Shown here: one piece after another, positions 12,749 through 25,302 of the stretch | Position numbering within the stretch: position 1 is the stretch's first letter | Layout of the letters: each line of letters starts with the position of its first letter | DNA from: Squalus acanthias | Lineage: Eukaryota | DNA: 64,000 bases | Direction of reading: 5' to 3' | NCBI GenBank assembly: GCA_030390025.1 | Contig: JASTWF010000558.1 | Coordinates: 124,001-188,000, forward strand | The notes under the pieces: generated by a model | What the model was told of the DNA's origin: nothing | What the model saw: the letters and a program-made list of their open reading frames with translations, nothing else | The model's database searches: none | Position numbers and translations under genes: made by a program

Positions 12749-13629
12749 GTAAGCCCTGGAGACTTCTCCATCTCTTGTCCTCGTTTTCCATATGTTATGC
12801 ATTGCAGCACTTGGAGCTGTTTTCAATCATCTTCACTTTTGATTGAAAGTGTTTAAACTATTAAGCCAATGGTAATCAATAAGCTAAAAATCGCATTATT
12901 TTAATATGTCAATGCTCTGATGTAGTAGGAGCAGACATCACATGGATTTTCTGTGAGTCGCCCGGATTTGATGTCCATCTCACGCTCTCATTTAGATGCA
13001 TTCTAAACTCACGGAAGAGCTTTCAGGGCGCCTCATGCACCAACACCGTGTTGAAAGGTGGCCCGCGTTACGCGCCCATGTGTCACCTTAACCTACCGCG
13101 ATTGAGAGGGGGGCCAGCCAACTGATCGAGGAAAGTTTGATTGATCTATGCCTCTCTACGGTCGAGAAATATTCAACCAGATGAACATGAAGTTTATTAA
13201 AATCTCACACGCAGCCCTTGTGTTTGAGAAAAAGCCAACGTGTTAATGACATGGTGTCATTGACCCAGGTGAAGGTGTTGGGGGATTCGGATAAAGGACC
13301 ATTAACATGTTATAAGTGACAACAGTGAAGCAGGCCTGCATGTGAATTACATCATGCATATGTTATTTGCTTGGAAAGAGTTTGACTGGTGTTTAGTAAA
13401 TGTGTGTAGTTCCGATTTATTAAGAGTTAATATATTGAAAAAGAGTTTTATATAGTTATTAAAATCATGAAACTGTTGCTGCAATCTTGACATTGTGAGC
13501 CAAATTTACAGAATTTTCCAATTTCACACATTAGGAATCGCGTTCACTCAGTTTAACAATGTAACCTATTCGGCTGTGCGACACTCAATAATAAACATAA
13601 CTTTGTATGTTTAAGTAGATTTCCAATCC

Positions 13630-15735
13630 AAGAGAAAATAGTTCAGGTACAGTTGAGGTACATTCCCACTAGGGGAAAAGGCAGGGCAACTAAAGTCAGG
13701 GCTCCCTGGATGACGAAAGAGATAGAGAATATGATGAAGCAGAAAAAGAGCGCGTATGACAGATGTCAGGTTGTAAATACATCTGAGAATCAGGCTATAT
13801 ATAGAAAGGTCAGAGGAGAAGTGAAAAAGAAAATAAGAGGGGCAAAGAGAGAGTATGAGAATACAATGACAGCCAACATAAAAGGTAATCCAAAGGTCTT
13901 CTATAGGTATATAAATAGTAAAAGGGTAGTAAGAGGAGGGGAGGGGCCGATTAGGGACCAAAAAGGAGGCCAATGCATGGAGACAGAGGGTATGGCTGAG
14001 GTACTAAACAAGTACTTTGCATCTGTCTTCACCAAGGAAGAGGATGCTGCCCTAGACATAGTAAGGGAGGAGGTAGTGGAGATACTTGATAGGATAAAAA
14101 TTGATAAAGAGGAGGTACTAGAAAGGCTGGCTGTACTTAAAGTAGATAAATCACCAGGAACGGATGGGATGCATCCTAGGATGCTGAGGGAAGTTAAGGA
14201 GGAAATCGCGGAGGTACTGGCCATAATCTTCCAATCCTCCTTAGATACGGGGGTGGTGCCGGAGGACTGGAGAATTGCAAATGTTACACCATTGTTCAAA
14301 AAAGGGTGTAAAGATAAACCTAGCAACTACAGGCCAGTCAGTTTGACCTCGGTAGTGGGGAAACTTTTAGAAACCGTAATCAGGGACAAAATTAACAGTC
14401 ACTTGGACAAGTGTGGATTAATTAAGGAAAGCCAGCACAGATTTGTTAAAGGCAAATCGTGTTTAACTAACTTGATTGAGTTCTTTGATGAGTTAACAGA
14501 GAGGGTTGATGAGGGTAATGCAGTTGACGTAGTGTACATGAATTTCCAAAAGGCGTTCGACAAAGTGCCACATAATAGGCTTGCCAGCAAAGTTGAAGCC
14601 CATGGAATAAAAGGGACCTTAGCAGCATGGATACAGAATTGGCTAAGTGATAGGAAAGAGAGAGTAGTGGTGAACGGTTGTTTTTCGGACTGGAGGAAGG
14701 TATACAGTGGTGTTCCCCAGGGGCCGGTTCTAGGACCACTGCTTTTCTTGATACATATTAATGACTTGGACGTGGGTGTACAGGGCACAATTTCAAAATT
14801 TGCAGATGACACAAAACTTGGAAGTATAGTGAACAGTGAGTAGGAGAGTGATAAACTTCAGGAAGATATAGACAGGCTGGTGAAATGGGCGGACATGTGG
14901 CAGATGAAATTTAACGCAGAAAAGTGTGAAGTGATACATTTTGGTAGAAAGAACGAGGAGAGGACATATAAACTAAATGGTACAATCCTGAAGGGGGTTC
15001 ACGAACAGAGAGACCTAGGGATATGTGTGCATAAATCGTTGAAGGTGGCAGGGCAGGTTGAGAAAGCAGTTAAAAAGGCTTACGGGATCCTGGGCTTCAT
15101 AAATAGAGGTATAGAGTACAAAAGTGTGGAAATTATGATGAACCTGTATAAAACACTGGTTCGGCCCCAACTGGAGTACTGTGTCCAATTCTGGGCACCA
15201 CACTTTAGGAAGGCTGTGAAGGCCTTAGAGAGGATGCAGAAAAGATTTACAAGAATGATTCCAGGAATGAGGGACTTCAGTTACGTTGATAGACTGAAGA
15301 AGCTGGGGTTGTTCTCCTTAGAGCAGAGAAGATTGAGAGGAGATTTGATAGAGGTGTTCAAAATCATGAGGGGTCTGGACAGAGTAGATAGAGGGAAACT
15401 GTTCGCATTGGCAGAAGGGTCGAGAACCAAGGACATAGATTTAAGGTGATTGGCAAAAGAACCAAAGGTGGCGTAAGAATTTTTTTTTTTTTTACACAGC
15501 AAGTGGTTACGATCTGGAATGCACTGCCTGAATGGGTGGTGAAGGCAGATTCAATCACAGCTTTCAAAAGGGAGTTGGATAAGTATCTGAAGGAAATAAT
15601 TTTGCAGGGCTACGGGGAAAGGGCGGGGGAGTGGGACTAGCTGAAGTGCTCTTGCAGAGAGCTGGCACAGGCTCGACAGGCTGAATGGCCGCCTTCCGTG
15701 CTGTAACCATTCTATGATTTTATGATTCTATGGCT
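13630..15735 (+). mobile_element. Relatively young 5'-truncated CR1 LINE (ORF2 RT region)
   Basis: 396-aa ORF with [33 protein letters not shown] and FADDTKL; one stop, then a 189-aa C-terminal ORF and (attctatg)n tail. Confidence 0.96.
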
Positions 15736-16433
15736 CACTCTTTGTAATCCTTAAACTGATGCGCAATATTTTTTCGAAGCTAGCATCTTGCAAGAAAAGC
15801 TATTCTCTTGCCTCCAAAAATGTTTAAACTGAGTGGCATGGGGCTTTGCCCTTAATCACCAACTGAGGCTCTGTCCCTAGACACCTCTGGCAGGCCCTGG
15901 ACCCCCAGCAAGTTTTGGAGAGGCTGCCTCACTGATTCCAATACTTAAAAGGTTGACATCTCTGTAGTAGGTGATTAATTTGGAAAACTAATAACTGTCG
16001 TGGCACAGTAACCATTTGGATCATGTTTGTTACATACTACTTTGTGTTTGTAAAAGTCCGATTATTTACCTGACTCAGACTTGTTGGATCAGTATGATGG
16101 AAGCTTCAACAAAAATTGGAAATTGCTGGAAATATGTAGTCATTTCATCAGAATCGAAAAGGTAAAGATGGGATGACATTTTGGACGCGGTCCCTTGTCA
16201 GAATGGGCATAGGCAGGCAGCAGCGCACCTGTCTATACTTAACAAAATAGGCAAAGGTTTTCCTGTCTGCCTGGTGAATGTTGGAGCCTCACAGCAGCCT
16301 CCAATCTTGAACAAGCCATTATTGATAGGCCCATCATCACTCAATCAGATGCAACAGAAGAGCCAAGAAATGCTGTTCAGCAGCAAACACTGACTACATT
16401 CTCCACTGAGCCGAGCGGTTGATCACCACACAT

Positions 16434-17028
16434 GGAAATTTTAACTGGGAGCGGGTTTCATGGCAAGCGTCAAACCCTCTTGACGTCATCAATTTGATGC
16501 CCGGGCTATTTTATTTCCTGAATCTCATGTACAGCCCATCGGCCAGGTGGCTGTCAGGCGAAGATTGGGTGTCTCACAGGCTGCTCGCCAGCATTGAGTT
16601 AAGTTGGCGATAGGCGGGGTTACGGTCGGGTCTTGTGGGTGGGATGGAGGGGAAGCCCAGGGCAGCAGAGGTCCAGACTTCCCTTGTGGGGCTTGGAGGA
16701 GCACTCCTGCACCTCCTGGTCCCACAAAGGAAAGTTTAACACTTACCTTACAGGGCCATTTCTTCTTGCAGACCAGGTTTCAGTGAGCTGGGCAGCAGCA
16801 GTAGGCTCCTTGCTCAGTCTGCAGTTAGAAATCATCGGACTCCAATTTGCATGTATTAATGAGGCTCCTGCCTGAGTCAGGTGGGTGCCTCATGCCACCT
16901 TGAAAAAGGGTCCAGTTAAGGTGGTAGCAGGCAGGAATGGAGCGGAATCGGGGTGGTAAATTGTCGGAAGTGATTTTAACTGTGTGGCCACTCCCATTCC
17001 CGCTGGGCGAGGTGAGTTAAAATCGCCC
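16434..17028. mobile_element. Harbinger-type MITE
   Basis: Termini ggaaattttaac / gttaaaatcgccc; core shared with 6322-6954. Confidence 0.6.
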
Positions 17029-18214
17029 ACTTTTCTGTGTTCGGATTACTGGATAGATCATGTGATCTCCTTGACCTTGGAAAGCAGTATGATAAACATT
17101 TTATCAGACCTTGATGTACTCTATAAACTACCAAACAGACTTAGTGACAAGAGTAGCAAAGACAAACACAGATTTACGGTAATATATAGAAGCTAGCTGT
17201 TCCTCACAACGCAGAAAATCATAAACTGTTGCATCTGCTGTGCTAAAACTCGATGTAAAACAACCTGAAACTAAGTCTCTGACCATAACTTTATGCGGGG
17301 GTTCATTTCTAACCTACCACAGAGCCAGTTGTCTGTCTGTGCCTCTCTCTCTCTCTCATAGCTTCTGCATGTGAACAGCTAACTGTAAATGTATGCAAAC
17401 CACCAATAGCTGCTGAAACAATCTGATTGGCACTTAGTTGTAAATCCACCTTTGAACTCACAGCACAAAGCAGGCAGGTAAACAGGGTTGTAGTATAAGG
17501 CATTTCCATATTAGTGTTTCCTTGGTACCTGCAATAGACGTATTGAAGCCAATTTTCCTGGACACCTGCCGGGTGCAGTGTATCTGAAGTGTGCTGTGCC
17601 CGTCACAGGATAGGAGTATATGATTTTCCTGTCTTTGGCGTCTTGCATGTCTCTGGTGCAATCCTGGCACAGGTTCAAACCCGCGGCCCCCCCCCCCCCC
17701 CCCCCCACTCCTCGGCTGGACCTTGTGTCTAAAAATTGGGGAAGTAATAGCAGTGCAATTGCAGACCTCTCTGCTGCTGAGAGCAGGAACCACAGACCCA
17801 AAGAACATCCTGGGTGTTGAAATTACTCCCTTTGAGGCCGGTTTCTGCCCAAAATACATATTAAAATCGCTTACGTGCAAGTCTTTCTCATGGAAAAGTG
17901 GCCGGAGAATTCCAGAGAACTTCGACAGTTTTGAATGGGTTGGGGGTACCTAAGGTGGCTGGAAAAAAAGAGGAAGAAGATAATAAGGGGACTGTAACCA
18001 CTTGGTGTAGCTTGTAGTTCATTATCCAGTATAGAAGCTCGGTTTCGATTGAAGTGTGTCAGATAGGATAACCGTCTTTCCCCTCTGACAATTACGAAAG
18101 CTGACTGGCAAAATGAGTTTGACTGTAGTCAATTCAGTTATTGGTGGACACTGAATCGCAGCACAAAGAAATCTCAGATTCAGAAATAGAATTCTTTTTG
18201 TGATCCTAATCTTA

Positions 18215-18325
18215 AATAGAAATTATCGCACAGAAACGGGCCATTCAGCCCAACTGGTCTATGCCGCTGTTTATGCACCACACGAGCCTTCTCGCACTCT
18301 ACTTCATCTAATCCTATCAGCATAA
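18215..18325 (-). mobile_element. CR1 3' tail fragment
   Basis: Similar to the 3' end of the CR1 at 36694-36830 (ggccattcagcccaac...catctaatcctatcagcata). Confidence 0.7.
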
Positions 18326-18607
18326 TCTGGAAGTGGACTGCATTTGTCATGAAAAGTAGTGTGGGGAACAGAAAGTAGGGAACGGAAACCGATGCATTGG
18401 AAAATGCTGGCCCCTGTAAGAACAGCTCATGCATTTTACTAATCTAGTAAATTTCTTGCTGGCTTACTTAGCCATTTATATTCCTGACAAGCAGACCTTT
18501 GATTCAGCGGTGATGTACATGCCTCCATCCAATTTTTTTTTAAGCCTAAACTTCTTGACTCGTACACCTGGAGCGCTGCCTCACTGCAGACTCTCGGGGG
18601 TGGGGGG

Positions 18608-20267
18608 GAGGGGGATTTTACGGGGGTTCAGCGGGTAGGATCAGTGGCGGGTCGGGACCCCGCTGTCACGTGCCTTTACCAAATGTCGGGTCTGTCAGCG
18701 CTGAGCAGACCCGACATGCAGTGGCAGGGGAGGCAATTCAGGTCATTATGACCTTGTTAACTGAAGATTAACAACAATTTTGAGCTCACCTTTAGAATTT
18801 ACCAGCTTGCCAACGGGGTCCACGCTGCTCGGGGATCATGTCTGTTAAGCTGGGCGGGAGTTGAATGGCCATGGAATCATCTCATTACTTGACAGCTTGA
18901 AATGTGCTATAAAAGTTCCCATCTCGCAGCTGTTCACTTTCCAAGCTCAGAAGCTGTTGCTTACTGCATTTGGAAGACAGACTGAGCTTTATGCAGGTTG
19001 CAAGTATTTGGAGCAAACTCTCTATCCAATATCCCCTCATTGGAACAACCCCTCTCACCATTGACGGATTGCTTCTGTCATCTCAAGTTCACCTGCCATC
19101 TATTCCATCAGCATGGGAACAGTTTATACTCTCTCACCTTGGTCCTCAGAATCTGACCACGATCAGCCGCAACACCAGCATCACCAGCAGCACCAAGAAC
19201 CACACCAACCTTCTCCGCAATCACAGGACAGAGGGCATCAGCACCCGACCAGATTGCTGCCCGGAACACCAGGGCCACATTTACTTCACTTGACGCTGTA
19301 CACCCTGGCTGCCACATGATACGCCAGGTTGGCACTACCCCATACCAACAACATAAAATCCCTACAATGCCCAAGCCATTCCTTTCACACTCATCAGCAT
19401 TGCTGGGGTGCCGTTGTCTCACCATTCACTGCAACTCACTAAGCCACTTCCAAAGGTGCGCACAAATCTGTCCAAGAATGCAAAGTGTTGATAATAAAGA
19501 TTTCAATGTTTGACAGGACATTAACAGAAACTTCACATGAACATTGGCTAAAACACACAAGTGCCTACCCTTGTGTGTTGTTAGTTGGTATGATTGCAGT
19601 AGGATGAGTGAGAGTGTGAGGGGTGGCTAGTGAGATGGGGAAGTGATAATGTAGATAGAGAGGGATGGGTGGAGGTGCAAGGTAAGTTGGTGAGAGTAAA
19701 GATGTGCAGGAGTAGGGTAGGGAAGACAGAGTGATGGGGATGTGATGAGTGGCACAGCAGGATGAGGTTGAGTGTGGCTTTGCAGTAACTTTTCATGATC
19801 TACTGGGATCATTGAAAGGTTTGCGCCACTGCAGCCTGGTCTTCCTGACGACATCCCTGCTTGTGCCCTCCTGTGCAATGTGCAACCAGGCTGCGTTGAT
19901 CTCCTGACGAGGTCTCTTCCGCCCAGTAGAAGGGAAGAGGACATCCCTGTGTGCTGTAAGCATATGGAGGGAGTCATGGGGGAGCCTGGGTGCAGCTGTG
20001 CACCTCTGTGCAGTGCTTGTCAGTGTTTGCAGCACCTCAATGCTGTAGAGCACTGACAGCACAAATGTCAGTGATTTTGCGCATGGTCCCTTTAAGGAAA
20101 CTGGCTGATGACGCGTCATCAGACCCGCTTCCGTCAATTGGACCGGGAAACTCGCTGGATGGGATTAACGAGCTCAATCAGGGGGAAGTCGTGTCGGAGG
20201 CCGGGATGGAGCCAGCAGCGAGGCCGCGACCCGCCACCGACCCGCCGAGGTAGGGAAAATCGCTGCC
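18608..20267. mobile_element. Internally deleted PIF/Harbinger transposon with a Myb/SANT-like gene remnant
   Basis: Minus-strand ORF 19793-20137 AAPRL...HRDVLFPSTGRKRPRQEINAAWLHIAQE...QWRKPFND (Myb/SANT-like). A convergent Q/H-rich plus-strand ORF (19113-19319) may be the transposase N-terminus. Subterminal inverted gtggcgggtcg repeats. Confidence 0.8.
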
Positions 20268-20389
20268 TCAGTTTCAAGTGGTAAAATTTGGAATACATTT
20301 GCTGAGTGCTGCCTTTTCATGTCCTTTATCACTGCACCAGCTTTTAAAATGGAAAACAAGGAGCTGATGCACCCTTCATTTAACATAAT

Positions 20390-21120
20390 GGCCCAGAAAT
20401 TGATCTCGCTCTGTTCCCGCGGGGGTAAGCCTTTCCCGCGATGTCTCACCTCGCTTATGCTTTTTCTGATCCAGCTCGCACGAAATTGATGTTCCAGACA
20501 TCAGCTGTGCTGGGCTTGCGTATCCCAGCGGCGTAGTTAATTCGTGCGAGCTGTGGGATCACGTGACTCAGTTAGAGCCAATGGCAGCACACCATCTTCC
20601 ATTCATAAGTCTCACAGCATGGCTGAGAGACTTATGAATCTTACACCCCCCCAAAATAACAGCTAAACCTCAATTAAATTTAAAAAAAAACCCATCACAT
20701 TAATAAAATAAGTATAGTTAATTAAATTAACCATTTTAAATAAAAAATTAAATTTTTGAAAAAATTTAAAATCTTTTAAAAAGTTATAAAAATAAACTTA
20801 CCTGTCTTTAAAGTCTATAAAAAAGATATACCTGTAAAAAAAAATTCAAAAAAATACTTAATTCACTACTTACCTTCTTAAAAGCGGTTTTTACATTTCC
20901 AAAATCTTCAGTACTTACCTGCGTGTCCAAAGCATGAAGTGCACAGCGTGCGCGCAGCCTGTAGCGCGCACGCGATGCACTCCGGCCGCGCCCCCTTTTC
21001 GGAAGAGCAATTGCCGGTTTTCAGCGCATGCGCAGGGCATGCAGAAAACCGGCAATTGGAGTGGGAATACGCGAGAGTATGCAGTGCGTACTCTCGCGTC
21101 CCGGGATCAATTTTCGGCCC
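20390..21120. mobile_element. Harbinger-type MITE with an AT-rich centre and multiple internal hairpins
   Basis: TIRs ggcccagaaattgatc / gatcaattttcggccc, flanked by AAT and ATT. Confidence 0.8.
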
Positions 21121-21711
21121 ATTATAACCACTCCAGCACAGAACTATTGCTGCTTATGTGAGCGTTCATTGGAAAATGTTGCATGGCCGAAGGGCAGGAG
21201 ATAATGCAAAAAAACTCAAGCAGCCTTGTTGTGTCAAACCCAAAAACTCCACCTAACATTTTTGTTTCCTAATTGGTTTCATACTTGCCAACAGAAAGCA
21301 GAGGGAAAAGGGGTACTGTCTCCTGAGTGTCTTACTCTGCAATAATGTGAACCATTTCATCAGATAGAAATGAAACCAGTTTTACGTACAATATGGTATA
21401 TCCTCGGGGATTTTTATGGCATGATCTTATGCTTATTGTGTTTTAATGTGTGTTGCTGTGCTCTGTTTTTGGTGAAGAAAATACTGTGCATATGGAACAG
21501 ATCCCCAGTAACAGTAGTTAATGTGTTGATTAACTCCTTTTAAAAAGAAGCTCCATAAATATCTAATTAGGAATGGGTTTGAGGGTTATAAGAATAGATA
21601 TAGACTGAGATAATCAAATCCTCTGTGGAATGCAATGGTTCCTACGCTGCTCGGTTCCAATGGAAAGCTCATACCATGGAAAGTAAACCGCTCACAGCTG
21701 CATAATGTGTG

Positions 21712-21850
21712 TCAGCTGTGGCTCAGTGGTAGCACTCTCTCCTCAGAAGGTTGTGAGTTAAAGTTCCACTCCAGGGAGAAGCACAAAATTCAGGCTTGAC
21801 ATTCCAGTGCAGTACTGAGGGAGTACACGCTGCACTGTTGGAAGTGCTGT
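21712..21850 (+). mobile_element. DeuSINE 5' (tRNA head) fragment
   Basis: Matches 1500-1640 (tggctcagtggtagcactct...cagtactgaggga). Confidence 0.75.
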
Positions 21851-21861
21851 AGAGATAATCG

Positions 21862-22510
21862 CCCCGATATTTACTGGGAGGTGGGGGGAGGAGTTCCGGA
21901 CGGGAAACCCGGAAGTACGGGTTTGCCGGACATCCTGCTGAAATTAACAACAGGACGCCTTTTAAACTTTTTCACCAGGTTTCCCGCCTGACAGCCAGCC
22001 TGATTGACAGGCTTGGCTGCCTGTCAGACAGGAAAGCCTGCAGCACAAGGCCGCAGCCCGGGAGCAGAGAGGAGGTAGGGGGATGAGATCGTGGGGAGGG
22101 GGAGATTGTGATCGGGGATGCATGCGGATTGTGGTTGGGGATCGTGGTCGGGGGAGATCGGGGGGTCGGAAATCGTGGAGGTGGGGGTTTGTCCGGTCAT
22201 GGGGAGGGAAGCAGGTAAGCTTGTTGGGCCTGGAGGAAACACTCCTGCTCCTCCTGGCCCACAAGCAGTGCCATAAAAGTACTTACCTTATGGATCCAGC
22301 TCTTCTCACCTCCTTTTACTTGCTGGGTTTCCCAAGCCCTGGGAAACCCAGACAAAATGGGTTTTAAAAAAAAAGCCTGTAACAATGGAGGCAATCCCTC
22401 CTGAAAGCGGATTGGTTGCCCGCCCCCGACCTGCCTCTGTTAAAATTGGAAGTGGATGTGTTGTTGTCGGGTTTGAGATTTTAAAATTCTTTACTTCTCA
22501 CCCGCAACCA
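21862..22510. mobile_element. Harbinger-type MITE with a G-rich interior
   Basis: Left terminus gccccgatatttac; shared ggaggaaacactcctgctcctcc core; G-runs at 22075-22210. Confidence 0.6.
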
Positions 22511-23339
22511 ATGGGGCAGATTTTCCTGTTATTGTGCGAGGCCTAAAGGATTACCTGGAAAGTCGGGTGGAGAGGATTGCACATCCATAATGGAGCCCAC
22601 CTGATTTTTGTTTTTAATTTAATAGACAGAAAATCAAGCATGCTCCATTGCAGGCATGTGATGCTCCCTGTCCAATTTTTCTTTCTGTGCCCAGGCAATC
22701 CTTTATACCAAGCACAATTACGGGAAAATCTCCCCGGGGTGAGTTTTCTTTTCTCTCCCAATCTGCAAACTTATGATTTTGGGAAACTGTCTCAGCCAGA
22801 TTGCCCACCCACCCTCCATGGGAATATGGATATTTGTAGACAGCTTTTTGCATTGTTTTTCTTCCCTCACACCAAGAGAAAAGAACTCTGTCTCTGCCAC
22901 CGCAAACTGAAGTCAACTTTAAGTTCACTTTATCCTGTCTATCTAAAGGAATATCAAAAATGACATATTAGTGAAGTTTACCTGTTCAGAAGTGATGGAG
23001 CTCTGGTTCCATCACATTGGCAAATAAACCTGTACTATGGGGTGTAACTCATGAGAGCTGAATGAATTAAAATGGTCTTTAGCATGAGTGAATGATTGCC
23101 CAGAGCTCACCATCTTGGTGAGATACTCAAAAGGTTATGCTGCCTTTTGTAGAAACTTAAGCGGATCTTCAAATGAATTCTCGAGTGTCAGCACCTCTAG
23201 CTAACCGGGAAGGGACATTTCTCAAGAATAAATAACTTTTTAACTGTCTCACTGAAATAATGAAATGACTCATCATGTCTACAAATTAACAAATGGAGAA
23301 GTGAACAGTCCTGATCTTTAAATATTCAAATGCAGTAAT

Positions 23340-23833
23340 GCCGACGCTCACGAATGAATCGCGAGACAGCGATTTTTAATGAAAATTTACCCCAACTCGC
23401 GATCCCACGATTCAACAGCGAAATCTCGCAAAATTTCCCGGGGAATGATGCAATGACGCTGGGCAGGAGTACGCCGATTGGTCAGTGCACGGCAGCACCG
23501 CTCAACATGGGCCACGGAGATTGGAACGCTCCCCAGGGGCATGCACTTCCTTATTGCAAAAGATGAGAGATGGACAGACAGTGTTGCTGGGAAAGATCTT
23601 GCTTTGCCTGGCGTGTGTGGGTTAGCGCTGCTGCCCGCTCACACTGGGCTGCTCATTGTACAAGTTAGAGGCGCTCTGTGATCGCAGTCCACCTCGTCGA
23701 ATGGTCCGCCACCAGGTTCTGCCCCTTGACCGTGTTCATTGGCTACTTTGCAGGTTACTCCGCTGAGCCCTTAAAATTTGGCTGGTTTTCCAATCAATCA
23801 TACAAACCGACCGCCATGGTCGCTGCTTTCGAG
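23340..23833 (+). promoter_or_regulatory. Candidate internal CpG-rich promoter and alternative first exon ending in the coding segment MVAAFE (23816-23833)
   Basis: CpG-dense patch not recognised as a repeat, with TCGCGA (BANP-like) motifs, ATTGG/CCAAT and ACTTCC (ETS). Perfect Kozak CCGCCATGG at 23811-23819; GAG|GTAAAG donor in phase 0. Confidence 0.55.
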
Positions 23834-25302
23834 GTAAAGGAAGCGCTGTGGGGTGGGAGCAGTCGATTAGATTCGGGTTTTGCACAAACAAACTAAATTA
23901 GAGGCGTAACTGAGGGATGTGTGCTTTTGTAAATATTATTTATATTTGTGAAAACAATTGGACTTCTTTTCACCCAGTTGAATTCTTATGTGCCATTTAT
24001 AGAGGGAAAAATAATCTCTAACCAAGAGTATGGTTGCATTGCTTTAGAATTTAAGCGTTCTCAAGGACCCCTGGATACAAAAAAAAAGAGAAGTAAAACA
24101 CTGAAAACATTTAGCAAAACCAGCCCAAAGCTGGTCAAGTGCAAGTCAAGGTGGCCTCTTAACCACTGTAGATCCTGCCACTATTTGCCAATCGTCTTGG
24201 AACATACAATACGCGTGCTGCCCATATCCCTCCCCTAAGATACAACACCAACATGGATGTGGAAGGATGTCCTTAATAGACTGTGTACAGCCTCGCTGAG
24301 AATGTAAACCGGGCATTACAAAGATTTAACTTTTGTTCAGAATACAATAATTTTGCACTTACCTGATATTGAAAAATCACCCGCCCGAAACTTGAGGAGT
24401 ACCCAAACATAGCAACGTGGTGATAACAGGTAGGATTTTTTAAAAGTTTTTTGTAAAGCATTTTCAGATGCAGTAATATAGTTTTTGTAAAGAGCTCTGA
24501 CCTGTTCGAGATTAAATAAAGCCACTAATGTGGCTTATAAACCAACTGTCAATCTATATTGGTTTATGTTTGAAAAAATTTCTATACCAAATCTCATGAT
24601 TTTTAAGAGTTTGTCTCCTGATTTATGAGGCGGTAGGGTTGGCAATATTGCAAAGATCCTTCACTTCCCTTAATTTTCCACGAACATTGACAAATATATT
24701 GCCTATTGCAAATGCCTGTAAAAGTAATGCTGCAAAAAGTAAACAGTATCTGATTAACCACAGATCTGAGCACGCAGGTGGGTATGCTTTATATAGATTA
24801 CAGCTCTATTTATATAAACGCCAGCAAACAATGTTAAACAAGGTCAAAGTTAGATACTAAACAAAATTCAAAGTTCCAGGTGCAAAGTGCTGAAGTCAGG
24901 ACCAAATATCAGAGGTGAAAGAGATTTATTATCTGTAGAGAAAGCCCAATAAAGAGTACAAGTGCCAAATCAGAATGAAAGACTCTCAAAACACACATGC
25001 CTGGACTGGTTCACTGCTGCAAACCTGCACATGACCAGGCATGTTTCTTTAGTTGCTTGTTTACATGCAGATATGCTGCAAGACGAGTACAGGCTATCCT
25101 GTTTGGTCTCCTGCAGTGAATTTTGGAAGCAGAAAGATGGATTCTGATGAAATGGGGCCTCCATTGTTGGTGTCAATCACTTCACTTTACAGGCAAATAT
25201 CCAAATCTTCCACTGTACAACTGTAAAATGGCTACCTTCATTTCACAGTATATTGCCAATTGTACAGAGCTTCGGATATGCGTAGCTTATTTCAGACAAT
25301 AA

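Noticed and set aside
13653-15449. Reverse transcriptase ORFs as a retron, DGR or domesticated gene
   Set aside because: Typical CR1 ORF2 with a stop codon, 5' truncation and CR1 tail; many paralogous copies in the window.
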